Assembly (NCBI GenBank): GCA_964437335.1
Contig: CAYTGL010000002.1
Location: forward strand, 66,734 to 130,733
From: an uncultured Chromatiales bacterium
Lineage (GTDB): Bacteria; Pseudomonadota; Gammaproteobacteria; SZUA-140
DNA length: 64,000 bases
Direction: 5' to 3'
How positions within the stretch are numbered: position 1 is the first letter of the stretch; each line of letters begins with the position of its first letter. A program made the position numbers and the translations under genes. The notes beneath the pieces are model-generated. The model was not told the DNA's origin. It saw only the letters and a program-made list of their open reading frames with translations, and did no database searches. Shown in pieces: positions 1 to 17,173 of the stretch.

Positions 1-641
<641 letters not shown>

Positions 642-700
642 TCAAGCAAGCCGCTCCCCTGCGATTCAAGCGACACACAACCGTAGTATACCCCGCGCTC

Positions 701-2083
701 TCAGAACGGCAACGACAGCCGCGGATCGACCGCATGCAGCGCCCGTCTGAATCCTGTCTTGATCCGTTCGAGCGCCGCGTCGTCATCGGCTTCGAAGCGC
801 AGGATCAGCGATGGTGTCGTGTTCGATGCGCGCACGAGACCCCAGCCGTCCGGAAACTCGGCGCGCAGGCCGTCGATCGTGATGACCCGCGCGCCGTCGA
901 AACGCGGGTTCGCGAGGAAGCGTTCCATGAAGGCATGATTCTCACCCTCCTCGGCAAAGTCGAGGCGCAGCTCCGGGGTCGACACCGTATCCGGCAACGT
1001 CGCGAACACGGCGGCCGGCGGCCGCGGATCCCTGGCCAGAATTTCTATCAGCCGCGCCGCCGTATACAAGGCGTCGTCGAAGCCGTACCAGCGTTCCTTG
1101 AAAAAGATATGGCCGCTCATCTCGCCGGCGAGCGGCGCATCGAGTTCCTTGAGTTTGGCCTTGATCAGCGAGTGGCCGGTACGCGCCATGACCGGCTCGC
1201 CGCCATGCTCGCGGATCACGCGCTCGAGATGGCGCGAGCACTTGACGTCGAAGATGATCGGGGCGCCCGGCTTGCGCGACAGCACGTCGGCGGCGTACAG
1301 CATCATCTGGCGGTCAGGCCAGATCACCTTGCCTGTCGGATCGATGACGCCAAGACGATCACCATCGCCGTCGAACGCGAGGCCGAGATCGGCGCGGCGC
1401 GCGGCAACGGCGGCGATCAGATCGACGAGATTTTCAGGCTGGCTGGGATCGGGGTGATGATGGGGGAAGTTCCCGTCGACCTCGCAGTATAGCTCGACGA
1501 CATCGCAGCCAAGCGCGCGCAGCAGGCGCGGCGCGACGATGCCGGCGACACCGCTGCCGCAGTCGACAACGATCCTGAGCGCTCGCGCCGGATGGATGTC
1601 GCGGCATACCCGTGCGATGTAGTCGTCGATCGGCGCAATCTGGCGCGAGCCGCCGGGCGTATCCGCCTCATACAGATCGTCATCGACGATACGCTCGCGC
1701 AGGCGCTGGATACGGGCGCCGGCGAGCGTCTCGCCGCCGAGCATGATCTTGAAGCCATTGTAGTCCGGCGGGTTGTGGCTGCCGGTGACCATGACACCCG
1801 AACCGGCGCCGAGTTCGTGAGCCGCATAATAGAGCAGCGGCGTCGGGACCATACCCGCGTCGATAGTGTCGATACCGGCGCCGCGGATGCCGCGCCCCAG
1901 CGCCTCGACGAAGGCCGGACCGGACAGGCGGCCGTCGCGTGCGAGCACGACCGCGCCGAGGCCGCTGTCATGCGCCTCGCTGCCGATCGCGCGGCCGATG
2001 TCGAAGACGATCGCGTCGGTCAGCGTACGCCCGACGATGCCGCGGATATCGTAGGCCTTGAAGATCAGGGTAGAGATCATCAA
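701..2083 (-). CDS. algC: Phosphomannomutase/phosphoglucomutase (alpha-D-phosphohexomutase family)
   Basis: 460-aa ORF with KAYDIRG and the TGSHNP active-site serine loop. argB-algC-dut-coaBC synteny as in Pseudomonas. Confidence 0.9.
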   Translation of the reverse strand: MMISTLIFKAYDIRGIVGRTLTDAIVFDIGRAIGSEAHDSGLGAVVLARDGRLSGPAFVEALGRGIRGAGIDTIDAGMVPTPLLYYAAHELGAGSGVMVTGSHNPPDYNGFKIMLGGETLAGARIQRLRERIVDDDLYEADTPGGSRQIAPIDDYIARVCRDIHPARALRIVVDCGSGVAGIVAPRLLRALGCDVVELYCEVDGNFPHHHPDPSQPENLVDLIAAVAARRADLGLAFDGDGDRLGVIDPTGKVIWPDRQMMLYAADVLSRKPGAPIIFDVKCSRHLERVIREHGGEPVMARTGHSLIKAKLKELDAPLAGEMSGHIFFKERWYGFDDALYTAARLIEILARDPRPPAAVFATLPDTVSTPELRLDFAEEGENHAFMERFLANPRFDGARVITIDGLRAEFPDGWGLVRASNTTPSLILRFEADDDAALERIKTGFRRALHAVDPRLSLPF

Positions 2084-2535
2084 TGCCGCCCGGAATGGCC
2101 AAATCCGCCAGCACCACGGTCACTGGCGGTAAATTCCTCGACGATCTTGAAGTCAGCCTGCACGACCGGCACGAAGACCATTTGCGCGATGCGCTCGCCG
2201 ACGGCGATCGAGAAGACCTTGTCACCGCGGTTCCAGCACGACACGAAGACCTCGCCCTGGTAGTCCGAGTCGATCAGGCCGACGAGATTTCCGAGCACGA
2301 TGCCGTGCTTGTGGCCGAGGCCGGAACGCGGCAGCAGCACTGCCGCGAGGCCGGGATCGCCGATATGGATCGCGAGCCCGGTCGGCAGCAGATGGGTCTC
2401 GCCGGGCCGGATCTCGAGCGGGGCATCGAGGCAGGCACGCAGATCGAGGCCTGCCGAGCCGGCGGTCGCATAGTCCGGCAGCGGGATTTCGCGCCCGAGC
2501 CGGGAGTCAAGGATCTTCAGTTGCACCCGCTGCAT
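2080..2535 (-). CDS. dut: dUTP diphosphatase
   Basis: 151 aa, with the [21 protein letters not shown] motifs. The stop overlaps the algC start (ATGA). Confidence 0.95.
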   Translation of the reverse strand: MQRVQLKILDSRLGREIPLPDYATAGSAGLDLRACLDAPLEIRPGETHLLPTGLAIHIGDPGLAAVLLPRSGLGHKHGIVLGNLVGLIDSDYQGEVFVSCWNRGDKVFSIAVGERIAQMVFVPVVQADFKIVEEFTASDRGAGGFGHSGRH

Positions 2536-2618
2536 TGCGTGTCTCCGATAATTTTGTTGGGTGCGGTGAGACGAACCGCAGCAAACACGCCGATACGGTT
2601 CACTGCGCTCACCGCATC

Positions 2619-3830
2619 CTACATATTTGTCGCGGCAAATCGTTCGGCGATCAGGTCGATCAGTTTACGCGCGAGGCGGGCCTTGGGCATCAGCGGGAAA
2701 TCCTCGCTGCCACCGGACCAGAAAACCGTTACCTTGTTGTCGTCGCTGTCGAAACCGCTGCCGGGGCGACCGACAAGGTTCGCGACGACGAGATCGAGGT
2801 GCTTGTCGCGCAGCTTGGCCCGGGCGTTGGCCTCGAGGTCATCGGTCTCGGCAGCGAAGCCGGCCAGGAATGGAGCGCCTTCCCGCGCGGCGACCGCCGC
2901 AAGGATATCCGGTGTACGCTCCAGCTCGAGTTGAGTTACCGCATCGCGCTTTTTCAGCTTGCCCGATGCGACGCGCGCCGGACGATAGTCGGCGACCGCG
3001 GCGGCGGCGATGAAGATATCCGCGGTCGTGCATTCCGCGGCGACGGCATCATGCATCTGTTGCGCCGAATCGACCGGGATACGCCGCACGGCGCCATGCA
3101 GCGGCCGATCGACCGGGCCGCTGACCAATGTCACCGTCGCGCCGGCCTCGGCCGCGGCATTTGCGAGCGCATACCCCATCTTGCCGGAACTGTGATTGGT
3201 CAGGTAACGCACCGGGTCGATGGCCTCGCGGGTCGGTCCGGCCGTGATCAGCACCCGCCGCCCCGCGAGACGACCCGTCGCGAACAGCGCCCCGCCCAGC
3301 GCGACCAGTTCGTCCGGCTCGAGCATCCGGCCAGGACCGGTCTCGCCGCAGGCCTGATCGCCGCTGCCGGGACCGAAGACATGCACGCCCCTGCCGGCGA
3401 GTCTTGCAATGTTGTCCTGCGTCGCCGGATGCGCCCACATCACCCGGTTCATCGCCGGGGCGAGCGCGAGCGGCGCATCGCTCGCAAGCACCAGCGTCGT
3501 CAGCAGGTCATCGGCGATGCCTTGGGCAAGTTTGGCAATGATATTCGCCGACGCCGGCGCGATCAGGACCAGGTCCGCCCAGCGCGCGAGGTCGATATGT
3601 CCCATCGCAGCCTCGGCGTCCGGATCAAGATGACGGGTATGGACCGGCCGACCGGACAGCGCCTGCAGCGTCAGCGGCGTGATGAATTCGGCGCCGGCCC
3701 GCGTCAGCACGACCTCTACCGTCGCGCCGGCGTCGCGCAGGCGCCGGACCAGGTCGGCGCTCTTGTAGGCGGCGATGCTGCCGGTCACGCCGAGCAGGAT
3801 GTTTTTGTTTGCGAGGCTCATGGGGCTCAA
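2619..3830 (-). CDS. coaBC: Bifunctional phosphopantothenoylcysteine decarboxylase / phosphopantothenate-cysteine ligase
   Basis: 403 aa. N-terminal flavoprotein motif [13 protein letters not shown] and a C-terminal CoaB ligase domain. Confidence 0.95.
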   Translation of the reverse strand: MSPMSLANKNILLGVTGSIAAYKSADLVRRLRDAGATVEVVLTRAGAEFITPLTLQALSGRPVHTRHLDPDAEAAMGHIDLARWADLVLIAPASANIIAKLAQGIADDLLTTLVLASDAPLALAPAMNRVMWAHPATQDNIARLAGRGVHVFGPGSGDQACGETGPGRMLEPDELVALGGALFATGRLAGRRVLITAGPTREAIDPVRYLTNHSSGKMGYALANAAAEAGATVTLVSGPVDRPLHGAVRRIPVDSAQQMHDAVAAECTTADIFIAAAAVADYRPARVASGKLKKRDAVTQLELERTPDILAAVAAREGAPFLAGFAAETDDLEANARAKLRDKHLDLVVANLVGRPGSGFDSDDNKVTVFWSGGSEDFPLMPKARLARKLIDLIAERFAATNM

Positions 3831-3968
3831 TTATGCTTGAGGCGGATCCTGAAATGATTTCGGGCCTGAAAGATTTCGGGAAAGTCAGCCGGCCACAATA
3901 AGATAGCATACACGAACGCGCGCGCGAGACCGGCGGCGCGCCTCCCGTTCCTCATGTAACGACAAGGA

Positions 3969-4652
3969 GTGTCGATCATGGCGATAACCGACTGGCCCGC
4001 GGACGAGCGTCCGCGGGAAAAACTGCTGACCCGTGGACCCGCGAGCCTGTCCGATGCCGAACTGCTCGCGATCTTTCTGCGCACCGGACTGCGTGGCCTG
4101 ACGGCCGTCGATCTCGCGCGCGGCCTGCTGACCGAGCATGGCGGCCTGCGCAAGTTGCTCGACGCCGACGCGCGACGCTTCTGCGAGAGTCCCGGCCTCG
4201 GGCTCGCGAAGTACGCACAACTACAGGCGGTGCTCGAGATGGTGCGGCGCTATCTGCGCGAGACCCTGCAACGCGGCGACGCGCTGCGCAATCCGGCCGA
4301 CACCCGCAACTATCTGACTGCGCAGTTGCGCGACCGGCCGCACGAGGTGTTCGCGTGCCTGTTCCTCGATACCCGCCACCGGGTCATCGCCTTCGACGAG
4401 GTCTTTCGCGGCACGATCGACGGCGCGAGCGTCCACCCCCGTGAGATCGTCAAGCTCGCGCTGGCCCATAACGCCGCGGCGCTGATCTTCGCCCACAACC
4501 ACCCCTCCGGCATCGCCGAACCCAGCCAGGCCGACCTGCGCCTGACCCGCCGCCTGCGCGAGGCGTTGCAACTGGTCGATATCCGGGTCCTCGACCACCT
4601 GATCATCGGCGACGGGGCGGTCCTGTCCTTCGCCGAGCAGGGTTTACTATAA
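3969..4652 (+). CDS. radC: RadC-like JAB-domain protein (UPF0758)
   Basis: 227 aa with the HNHPSG JAMM motif. Sits in the conserved position next to rpmB-rpmG. Confidence 0.9.
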   Translation: MSIMAITDWPADERPREKLLTRGPASLSDAELLAIFLRTGLRGLTAVDLARGLLTEHGGLRKLLDADARRFCESPGLGLAKYAQLQAVLEMVRRYLRETLQRGDALRNPADTRNYLTAQLRDRPHEVFACLFLDTRHRVIAFDEVFRGTIDGASVHPREIVKLALAHNAAALIFAHNHPSGIAEPSQADLRLTRRLREALQLVDIRVLDHLIIGDGAVLSFAEQGLL

Positions 4653-4734
4653 CCAAATAAGAATCAAATGGTTGGCGATCTTTATCGGGCCAGATCCGTT
4701 TGCTTGTCACCCTATCGATCGCCAGAAGCCGGTG

Positions 4735-4822
4735 ATCGTCCCGTTACGGGACTGTCGGCCGCAGGGATGCGGCCGTCAAGCGTACAGGGACGTATTCACA
4801 GCGTGTCCCGTAACGGGACGAC
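4735..4822. repeat. Palindromic intergenic repeat, copy 2 (outer stem gtcccgttacgggac / gtcccgtaacgggac)
   Basis: Same core as copy 1 with 2 substitutions, and a different outer inverted repeat. Lies between radC and rpmB. Confidence 0.8.
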
Positions 4823-4942
4823 CACCGGCTTCCCCACGGGTGCTAACGATAAAACGGATCCGGCCCCCGCAATCTTGTCCTTCCAGGCCCGATCTGATAT
4901 AAAGGCACGTTCAGATTTAGCTACCGGTTTGGAGTTGCTACG

Positions 4943-5179
4943 ATGTCCAGAGTATGTCAAGTCACCGGCAAGGGGCCGATGTCCGGCAACAACGTCTCGC
5001 ACGCGAACAACAAGACGCGGCGGCGTTTCCTGCCCAATCTGCAGTCGCGCCGTTTCTGGGTCGCGAGCGAGAACCGCTGGGTCAGGCTGCGCGTCAGCTC
5101 GCATGGTCTGCGGATCATCGACAAGCGTGGTATCGACAGCGTACTGGCCGATGTCCGCGGCCGCGGTATCAAGGTATAA
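4943..5179 (+). CDS. rpmB: 50S ribosomal protein L28
   Basis: 78 aa, [34 protein letters not shown]... Confidence 0.95.
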   Translation: MSRVCQVTGKGPMSGNNVSHANNKTRRRFLPNLQSRRFWVASENRWVRLRVSSHGLRIIDKRGIDSVLADVRGRGIKV

Positions 5180-5191
5180 GGAGCCCCGACG

Positions 5192-5347
5192 ATGCGTGAC
5201 AAGATCAAGCTGGTCTCTTCCGCCGGAACGGGACACTTCTACACGACCGACAAGAACAAGCGCACGATGCCGGACAAGTTCGAGATCAGGAAATTCGATC
5301 CCGTCGCCCGCAAACATGTGATCTATAAAGAATCCAAAATGAAATAA
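5192..5347 (+). CDS. rpmG: 50S ribosomal protein L33
   Basis: 51-aa ORF (too short for the track) [51 protein letters not shown], 12 nt after rpmB. Confidence 0.9.
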   Translation: MRDKIKLVSSAGTGHFYTTDKNKRTMPDKFEIRKFDPVARKHVIYKESKMK

Positions 5348-5350
5348 ACA

Positions 5351-5383
5351 AAAAACCCGCCTCAGGCGGGTTTTTTGTTTTCA
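5351..5383. terminator. Rho-independent terminator (bidirectional) between rpmG (+) and argJ (-)
   Basis: aaaaaacccgcctcaggcgggttttttgttttc: a GC hairpin flanked by an A-run and a T-run. Confidence 0.8.
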
Positions 5384-6604
5384 GGTCCGGTATTCCGCGT
5401 TGATCTTCACGTAATCGTAGGACAGGTCCGTCGTCCACACCCTCGCCATGCCCTCACCGCGCCCGAGCGTGATACGGATCGAGATATCGCTGCGCTGCAT
5501 GACCATGCGCCCGCGCTCCTCGGTGTAGTCCGCGGCCCGCTCGCCGGCCCGGACGATGCACACGTCGTCGAGCCATATCGATACCCCACCGACATCGAGA
5601 CCCGCGAGACCCGCGCGCCCGACCGCGGCAAGTATGCGCCCCCAGTTCGGATCGCCGGCAAAGAACGCGGTCTTGACCAGCGGCGACAGTGCGACCGCAT
5701 AGGCGACTGCGCGGCATTCGGCGCGATCGCGCCCGCCGGCGACATCGACTGTGATGAAGCGCGTCGCGCCCTCGCCATCGCGCACGACCGCTTGCGCGAG
5801 CGCGGTGCAGACCTCGGATACGGCCTCGGCAAGCGCGGGATAACGGGGGTCCTTTTCAGAAGCGATCGGCGCCATGGCGGCGGCGCCTGTCGCGAGCAGG
5901 ATGCAGGCGTCGTTGGTCGAAGTGTCGCCATCGATCGTGATGCAGTTGAAGCTTTCGTCGACGGCGCGGCCGAGACAGCGCTGCAGCAGGCTCCGGTCGA
6001 CCCGGGCATCGGTCGCGAGAAACGCGAGCATCGTCGCCATGTCCGGATGGATCATGCCGGCGCCCTTTGCGATACCGTTCAGGGTTACCGTCGCGTCCCC
6101 GAGTTGCACCTGTTTCGACATCGCCTTCGCAACGGTATCGGTCGTCATGATGCCCTGTGCCGCCTTTGCCCAGCCGTCCGCCTGCAATTGCGTGAACAGG
6201 GAACCGGCAGCCGCCTGTATCCTGTCGACCGGCAAGGGCTCTCCGATCACGCCGGTCGAGAACGGCAGCACCGCCTCGCTGTCGCAGCCGCCGAGCGCCG
6301 CGACCAGGTTACAACATTCGGTGGCCGCCCGCAGACCGCCCGCACCGGTGCCGGCATTGGCATTGCCGGAATTGATCAGGAGATAACGCGGGGAGCTTCG
6401 ATCGAGATGCCGGCGCGCAAGCACGACAGGCGCGGCGCAAAAGGCGTTTCTGGTAAAGACAGCCGCACACTCCGTGCCGGATGCAAGCTCGATCAGCACC
6501 AGATCGAGGCGGTCCTTCTTCCTGATGCCGGCCGCGATTGCGCCGAGGCGAACGCCACGGACAGCGCGCAGCGCGGGCAGTTGTCCGCTCAGGCCAACCG
6601 CCAC
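5381..6604 (-). CDS. argJ: Bifunctional glutamate N-acetyltransferase / amino-acid acetyltransferase
   Basis: 407 aa with the [11 protein letters not shown] autoproteolysis motif. Confidence 0.95.
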   Translation of the reverse strand: MAVGLSGQLPALRAVRGVRLGAIAAGIRKKDRLDLVLIELASGTECAAVFTRNAFCAAPVVLARRHLDRSSPRYLLINSGNANAGTGAGGLRAATECCNLVAALGGCDSEAVLPFSTGVIGEPLPVDRIQAAAGSLFTQLQADGWAKAAQGIMTTDTVAKAMSKQVQLGDATVTLNGIAKGAGMIHPDMATMLAFLATDARVDRSLLQRCLGRAVDESFNCITIDGDTSTNDACILLATGAAAMAPIASEKDPRYPALAEAVSEVCTALAQAVVRDGEGATRFITVDVAGGRDRAECRAVAYAVALSPLVKTAFFAGDPNWGRILAAVGRAGLAGLDVGGVSIWLDDVCIVRAGERAADYTEERGRMVMQRSDISIRITLGRGEGMARVWTTDLSYDYVKINAEYRT

Positions 6605-6617
6605 GGGCTTACCAGAA

Positions 6618-9347
<2,730 letters not shown>

Positions 9348-9401
9348 CTAATTGAAATAGGTGAAGATGAGGAAAAAACAAGAGCCGACACGCCGTCGAC
9401 C

Positions 9402-10325
9402 CTACCTGGCTGCGCGGATATAGCTTGCGGGATCCACCGAACGACCGTTCTTGATCACCTCGAAATGCACATGGGGCCCGGTGGATCGTCCGGTGGTACC
9501 CATCAGTGCGATCAACTGTCCTCGTTCCACCACGTCTCCGGCCTTGACCATGTTCTTCTTGTTGTGCGCGTAGCGGGTAATATACCCGTTGCCGTGGTTG
9601 ATTTCTACCATGTTGCCATAACCATAGCGGTCGCCGGACCAGGTGACGACGCCGGCGGCGACCGCATGGATCTCGGTACCTTCCTTGCCGGCAAAATCGA
9701 GCCCGCGATGAAATTCGCGCGAACCGGAGAACGGATCGGTGCGCGCACCAAAGCCGGATGACGTCCAGCCGCCGTGTACCGGCCGTCCGGCGGGAACGAC
9801 ATCGAGAACCAGATTGCGGTTCATGAAGAAGAATTCGAGCGCGATCAGGCGCTGTTCGCGGTCATCGAGTTCGAACGCGAGCCGGTCGAGCGAACGGATG
9901 AAATCGGGCATGTCGATTTCCCGGGAAACTACCGAATCGCCCTGTGGCCCACCGACGCCTGGCGGCTGGCTGAAATCGAACTCGCCTTCATCGAGTTTGC
10001 CGATTTCGACCAGGCGCTGTCCGAGCGCGTTCAGACGAATTGCCTGGGCCTGCAGTTGCGCGAGACGCAGCGTCAGCGCATTCATCTCCTCGCGTGCCTT
10101 GCGGGTCGCCTGCGCAACTTCGACCCGGTTCTGCTCCATCTCCTGCTTCCATTCACCGGGCAGCAGATGACTCCGCATCTGGTTTTCTCCGATCTGGGTA
10201 CCAACGTATAGCGCCCCACCCGGCAATGCGGCCAGCACCAGCACCATTACCAGGACGAGCTGCCAGCCACGCAACTGGAACGACCCTGGTGTGCGTGAAC
10301 GCTTGGTATAAATGATAATGTTCAT
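9402..10325 (-). CDS. M23 family metallopeptidase (LytM/EnvC-like murein hydrolase activator) with N-terminal TM and coiled coil
   Basis: C-terminal M23 signature HRGLDFAG...YGYGNMVEINHGNGYITRYAH...GTTGRSTGPHVHFEV. Confidence 0.85.
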   Translation of the reverse strand: MNIIIYTKRSRTPGSFQLRGWQLVLVMVLVLAALPGGALYVGTQIGENQMRSHLLPGEWKQEMEQNRVEVAQATRKAREEMNALTLRLAQLQAQAIRLNALGQRLVEIGKLDEGEFDFSQPPGVGGPQGDSVVSREIDMPDFIRSLDRLAFELDDREQRLIALEFFFMNRNLVLDVVPAGRPVHGGWTSSGFGARTDPFSGSREFHRGLDFAGKEGTEIHAVAAGVVTWSGDRYGYGNMVEINHGNGYITRYAHNKKNMVKAGDVVERGQLIALMGTTGRSTGPHVHFEVIKNGRSVDPASYIRAAR

Positions 10326-10402
10326 TATGCTGATCAGTCCGGTTCATTCCGGGCGACTGGCGCCCCGTGGCAGGCGCGTCTGCAGCGGCCGCCCTGACAA
10401 TT

Positions 10403-10876
10403 ATGACAATCGACAAGAAAACTACTGCAATTTCCGTACACAGTATCCTGTCCGGCGACCGCGGCCCGCTACGGGCACTGGCCGAACATCGCGCGCGCCT
10501 CGCACGGGTCGAGGCGCTGATCAGCGATGCCCTGCCGGCGCCGCTCAACCACCATTGCCGGGTCGTAAACCTGTCGCGCGGCGTTGTGGTGCTTCACGCC
10601 GATGCGCCGGCCTGGATCACGCGGCTGCGATTTGACAGCCCCCGCCTGCTTGCCGCCCTGCGCGTTCACCCGGAACTGGGTGACATTCATGAGCTTCAGT
10701 TCAGAACGGCGCCGAAAGTCGATCACGGAGCGAGGCGACCGGACCCGCAACCGCCAGTACTACCGGCCGCGGCAGCGGCCCAATTACGCGCGACCGCATC
10801 AACGCTGTCCGAGCCGGCGCTGCGTGAGGCGCTGTTGCGCCTGGCCAGCCGGGCGGATCGGATCGATCGTGAATGA
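10403..10876 (+). CDS. DUF721 (DciA-like, COG5512) protein
   Basis: HCRVVNLSRGVVVLHADAPAWITRLRFDSPRLLAAL matches the DUF721 core. Same position (between lpxC and secA) as PA4404. ATG at 10403 chosen over the upstream GTG. Confidence 0.6.
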   Translation: MTIDKKTTAISVHSILSGDRGPLRALAEHRARLARVEALISDALPAPLNHHCRVVNLSRGVVVLHADAPAWITRLRFDSPRLLAALRVHPELGDIHELQFRTAPKVDHGARRPDPQPPVLPAAAAAQLRATASTLSEPALREALLRLASRADRIDRE

Positions 10877-10938
10877 GTGGCGCAAGGTACCGCGAGCGGA
10901 CAGCCGGCCTTACGGCCCGGAAAGAATCCCGGATCAAA

Positions 10939-11847
10939 TCAGGCCGTGATCGCCTGCACATAGGAGATCGGGATCTGATCCTGGTCCGTAAAAGTCACCA
11001 GTTCCCATGCATCCTGATTCGCGATCAGCGTACGAAGCAGGCTGTTATTCAGCCCATGCCCTGACTTGTAGCCACTGAAGGCGCCGATCAGGCTGTGGCC
11101 GAGCAGGTAGAGGTCGCCGATCGCATCGAGCACCTTGTGCTTGACGAACTCGTCCTCGTAGCGAAGGCCGTCCTCGTTGAGGACGCGGTATTCATCGACG
11201 ACGACCGCATTGTTCAGATTGCCGCCGAGCACCAGATTGCGCTCGCGCAGGCGCTCGTAGTCGCGCAGAAAACCGAAGGTGCGCGCGCGACTGATCTCCT
11301 TGACGAAAGAAGTCGTCGAAAAATCGACCGTCGCCTGCTTGGTGTGACTGCGGAAAGCGGGATGATCGAATTCGATCGTGAACGAAACCTTGAAACCTTC
11401 GAAAGGATCGAAGCGCGCCCATTTCTCGTCTTCCTCGACGACAACCGACTGCTTGATCCGAATGAAACGCTTCGGCGCATTCTGTTCCTCGATACCGGCC
11501 GACTGGATCAGAAACACGAAGGGACCTGCGCTGCCGTCCATGATCGGCACCTCGGCGGCGCTGAGATCGACATAGGCATTATCGATACCGAGTCCGGCGA
11601 AGGCCGACAGCAGATGTTCGACCGTTGAGATCCGGACAGCGCCATCGACGAGCGTCGTCGACAAGGTTGTGTCGCCGACATTGTCCTGGATCGCGCGGAT
11701 CTCGACGGGTGGCTCGAGATCGGTCCGGCGAAAGATGATGCCGCTATTGGCCGCAGCCGGCCTGAGCGTCAGATAGATCTTCTTGCCAGTGTGCAGCCCG
11801 ACCCCGGTGGCGCGGATGGCGTTCTTCAAAGTACGCTGTTTTATCAT
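10939..11847 (-). CDS. lpxC: UDP-3-O-acyl-N-acetylglucosamine deacetylase
   Basis: N-terminus [23 protein letters not shown] is identical in pattern to E. coli LpxC. Start set at MIKQ (RBS ggagaaggcagga upstream). Confidence 0.97.
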   Translation of the reverse strand: MIKQRTLKNAIRATGVGLHTGKKIYLTLRPAAANSGIIFRRTDLEPPVEIRAIQDNVGDTTLSTTLVDGAVRISTVEHLLSAFAGLGIDNAYVDLSAAEVPIMDGSAGPFVFLIQSAGIEEQNAPKRFIRIKQSVVVEEDEKWARFDPFEGFKVSFTIEFDHPAFRSHTKQATVDFSTTSFVKEISRARTFGFLRDYERLRERNLVLGGNLNNAVVVDEYRVLNEDGLRYEDEFVKHKVLDAIGDLYLLGHSLIGAFSGYKSGHGLNNSLLRTLIANQDAWELVTFTDQDQIPISYVQAITA

Positions 11848-12010
11848 CAGTCCCTGTCCTGCCTTCTCCAAGTATGGCCGCCATCGCGGAAAAAAGGTGG
11901 GCCATCATATCACAGCACACCCGGCCTGCCCAAAAGGTGGGCTACCGGGTTATCGTCAGGAATTCCGCTTTTTACAATAACTCGTTCTCATTTTTGAGCA
12001 AAGCATTAAT

Positions 12011-13165
12011 TTAATCGGCCTGGCGGCGCAGGAAGGCCGGGACGTCGAGATAGTCCATATTGGTGCCGTCCCGCAGCGCGGACAGTTCATCGACCTGCTG
12101 GTTGCGTATGACTGTCGGCTTTTCCAGACGGTGGTAGTCGATTTCGCCGTTATTTCTGCGCACCAGCTTGACGGTCGCCTCCGCGGCCGGCTGGGCTGCC
12201 GCGCGCGCCTCGCGCCCGAGGCCGGTCGCAACGACGGTGACGCGCAGTTCGTCGCCCATGTCGGGGTCGATGACGGTGCCGACTACAACGGTCGCGTTTT
12301 CTGACGCAAACTCCTTGATTGTATTGCCAACTTCCTCGAATTCACCGATCGACATGTCGAGACCGGCGGTGACGTTGACGAGGATGCCACCGGCGCCCTG
12401 CAGATCGATATCCTCGAGCAGCGGACTTGCAATCGCGGCCTCGGCGGCGTCGCGGGCGCGATTCTCGCCGCGGCTGGTGCCGGTGCCCATCATCGCCATG
12501 CCCATCTCGGACATCACGGTGCGCACATCGGCGAAATCGACGTTTATCAGCCCCGGCCGGGTGATCAGTTCGGCGATCCCCTGGACCGCGCCCAGCAGGA
12601 CGTTGTTCGCCGACTTGAACGCGTCGAGCAGGGTCACCGATTTACCGAGCACCGACAACAGCTTCTCGTTCGGGATCGTGATCAGCGAATCGACATACTG
12701 GGACAGTTCCCGGATGCCGTCATCAGCGATCTGCGCGCGCTTGCGGCCCTCGAACGGAAACGGCCGGGTCACCACCGCGACGGTCAGAATGCCGAGTTCG
12801 CGCGCAATCTGCGCGACGATCGGGACGCCGCCGGTACCCGTGCCGCCGCCCATGCCCGCCGTGATGAACACCATATCCGCGCCCTGGAGCACCTCGGTGA
12901 TGCGATCACGATCCTCGACCGCGGCCTGGCGGCCGATAGCGGGATTCGCGCCGGCGCCGAGTCCCTTGGTGATGTTCGCGCCGAGTTGCAGCGTGATGCG
13001 CGCCGACGAACTCTTCAGCGCCTGCGCATCCGTATTGGCACAGATGAAATCGACGCCATCGATATTCGCGCACACCATATGCTCGACCGCGTTGCCGCCG
13101 CCGCCGCCGACGCCGATGACCTTGATGACCGCATTCTGACTGTAGGAATCCATTAATTCGAACAT
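12011..13165 (-). CDS. ftsZ: Cell division GTPase FtsZ
   Basis: GGGTGTG tubulin signature and [12 protein letters not shown]. Start taken at MFELMD. Confidence 0.97.
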   Translation of the reverse strand: MFELMDSYSQNAVIKVIGVGGGGGNAVEHMVCANIDGVDFICANTDAQALKSSSARITLQLGANITKGLGAGANPAIGRQAAVEDRDRITEVLQGADMVFITAGMGGGTGTGGVPIVAQIARELGILTVAVVTRPFPFEGRKRAQIADDGIRELSQYVDSLITIPNEKLLSVLGKSVTLLDAFKSANNVLLGAVQGIAELITRPGLINVDFADVRTVMSEMGMAMMGTGTSRGENRARDAAEAAIASPLLEDIDLQGAGGILVNVTAGLDMSIGEFEEVGNTIKEFASENATVVVGTVIDPDMGDELRVTVVATGLGREARAAAQPAAEATVKLVRRNNGEIDYHRLEKPTVIRNQQVDELSALRDGTNMDYLDVPAFLRRQAD

Positions 13166-13217
13166 TGCATCGCCCTCCTGATTTGATTGTGAATCGTCAC
13201 TCTGCACCTGGATATAA

Positions 13218-14453
13218 CTAGAAATTACCCTGAAACCAGCTCTTCATCCTCGACCAGATCCCCTTGACTCCCTTACCGCCGGGCAAGGCGGAGCGCTTTG
13301 CGAAACGCTGCTGATGCCCGTAGATCAACAATCCAACGCCCGTCGCGTGTATCGGATTTCGCACGACGTCCGCGAGCCCGCGGACGTCGTGCGGCATGCC
13401 CAGCCTGACCGGCATGTGGAAGACTTCCTCGGCAAGTTCGACGACGCCTTCCATCTTCGAACTGCCGCCGGTCAGCACGATGCCGGACGCGATCAGATCC
13501 TCGAAACCGGAGCGACGCAGCTCCGCCTGGATCAGCGTGAACAGCTCGTCGTAGCGGGGTTCGACGACCTCGGCGAGCGTCTGGCGCGCGAGCCGGCGCG
13601 GCCTGCGGTCACCGACGCCCGGGACCTCGATCGTCTCGTTCGGGTTCGCGATCTGGGTAAGCGCGCAGCCGAACTTCAGCTTGATCTCCTCGGCATACTG
13701 GGTCGGCGTGCGCAGCGCGACGGCGATGTCGTTCGTCACCTGGTCGCCGGCAATCGGGATCACCGCGGTATGACGAATCGAGCCGTCGGTGAACACGGCA
13801 ATGTCCGTCGTGCCGCCGCCGATGTCGACCAGGCAGACGCCGAGCGCCTTCTCGTCGTCGGTCAGCACCGAGTAACTCGATGCGAGCTGCTCCAGGATGA
13901 TGTCATCGACCTCGAGCCCGCAGCGGCGCACACACTTGATGATGTTCTGGGCTGCGCTGACCGCACCGGTGACGATATGGACCTTGGCTTCGAGACGCAC
14001 GCCGGACATGCCGACCGGCTCCAGGATCCCTTCCTGGTTGTCGATGATGAATTCCTGCGGCAGCACATGAAGCATCTTCTGGTCGGCCGGAATCGCAACC
14101 GCGCGCGCCGCGTCGATAACCCGCTCGACGTCTCCCGGCGTGACTTCCTCGTCACGAATCGCAACAATGCCGTGGGAATTGATACTGCGGATATGACTGC
14201 CGGCGATGCCGGCATAGACTGAATGGATCTCGCAGCCGGCCATCAGCTCGGCCTCCTCGACCGCGCGCTGGATCGACTGAATCGTCGATTCGATATTGAC
14301 GACAACGCCTTTTTTCAGGCCGCGCGACGGATGCGAACCGATGCCGATGATCTCGATCTCGTCGTTCTCGGTGATCTCGCCGACGATCGCGACGACCTTG
14401 GACGTGCCAATATCGAGACCAACGATCAGGTCTTTCTCGCCTTTCTTCGGCAT
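13218..14453 (-). CDS. ftsA: Cell division protein FtsA
   Basis: 411 aa actin-like ATPase, [11 protein letters not shown]...DIGGGTTD. Confidence 0.97.
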   Translation of the reverse strand: MPKKGEKDLIVGLDIGTSKVVAIVGEITENDEIEIIGIGSHPSRGLKKGVVVNIESTIQSIQRAVEEAELMAGCEIHSVYAGIAGSHIRSINSHGIVAIRDEEVTPGDVERVIDAARAVAIPADQKMLHVLPQEFIIDNQEGILEPVGMSGVRLEAKVHIVTGAVSAAQNIIKCVRRCGLEVDDIILEQLASSYSVLTDDEKALGVCLVDIGGGTTDIAVFTDGSIRHTAVIPIAGDQVTNDIAVALRTPTQYAEEIKLKFGCALTQIANPNETIEVPGVGDRRPRRLARQTLAEVVEPRYDELFTLIQAELRRSGFEDLIASGIVLTGGSSKMEGVVELAEEVFHMPVRLGMPHDVRGLADVVRNPIHATGVGLLIYGHQQRFAKRSALPGGKGVKGIWSRMKSWFQGNF

Positions 14454-17169
<2,716 letters not shown>

Positions 17170-17173
<4 letters not shown>

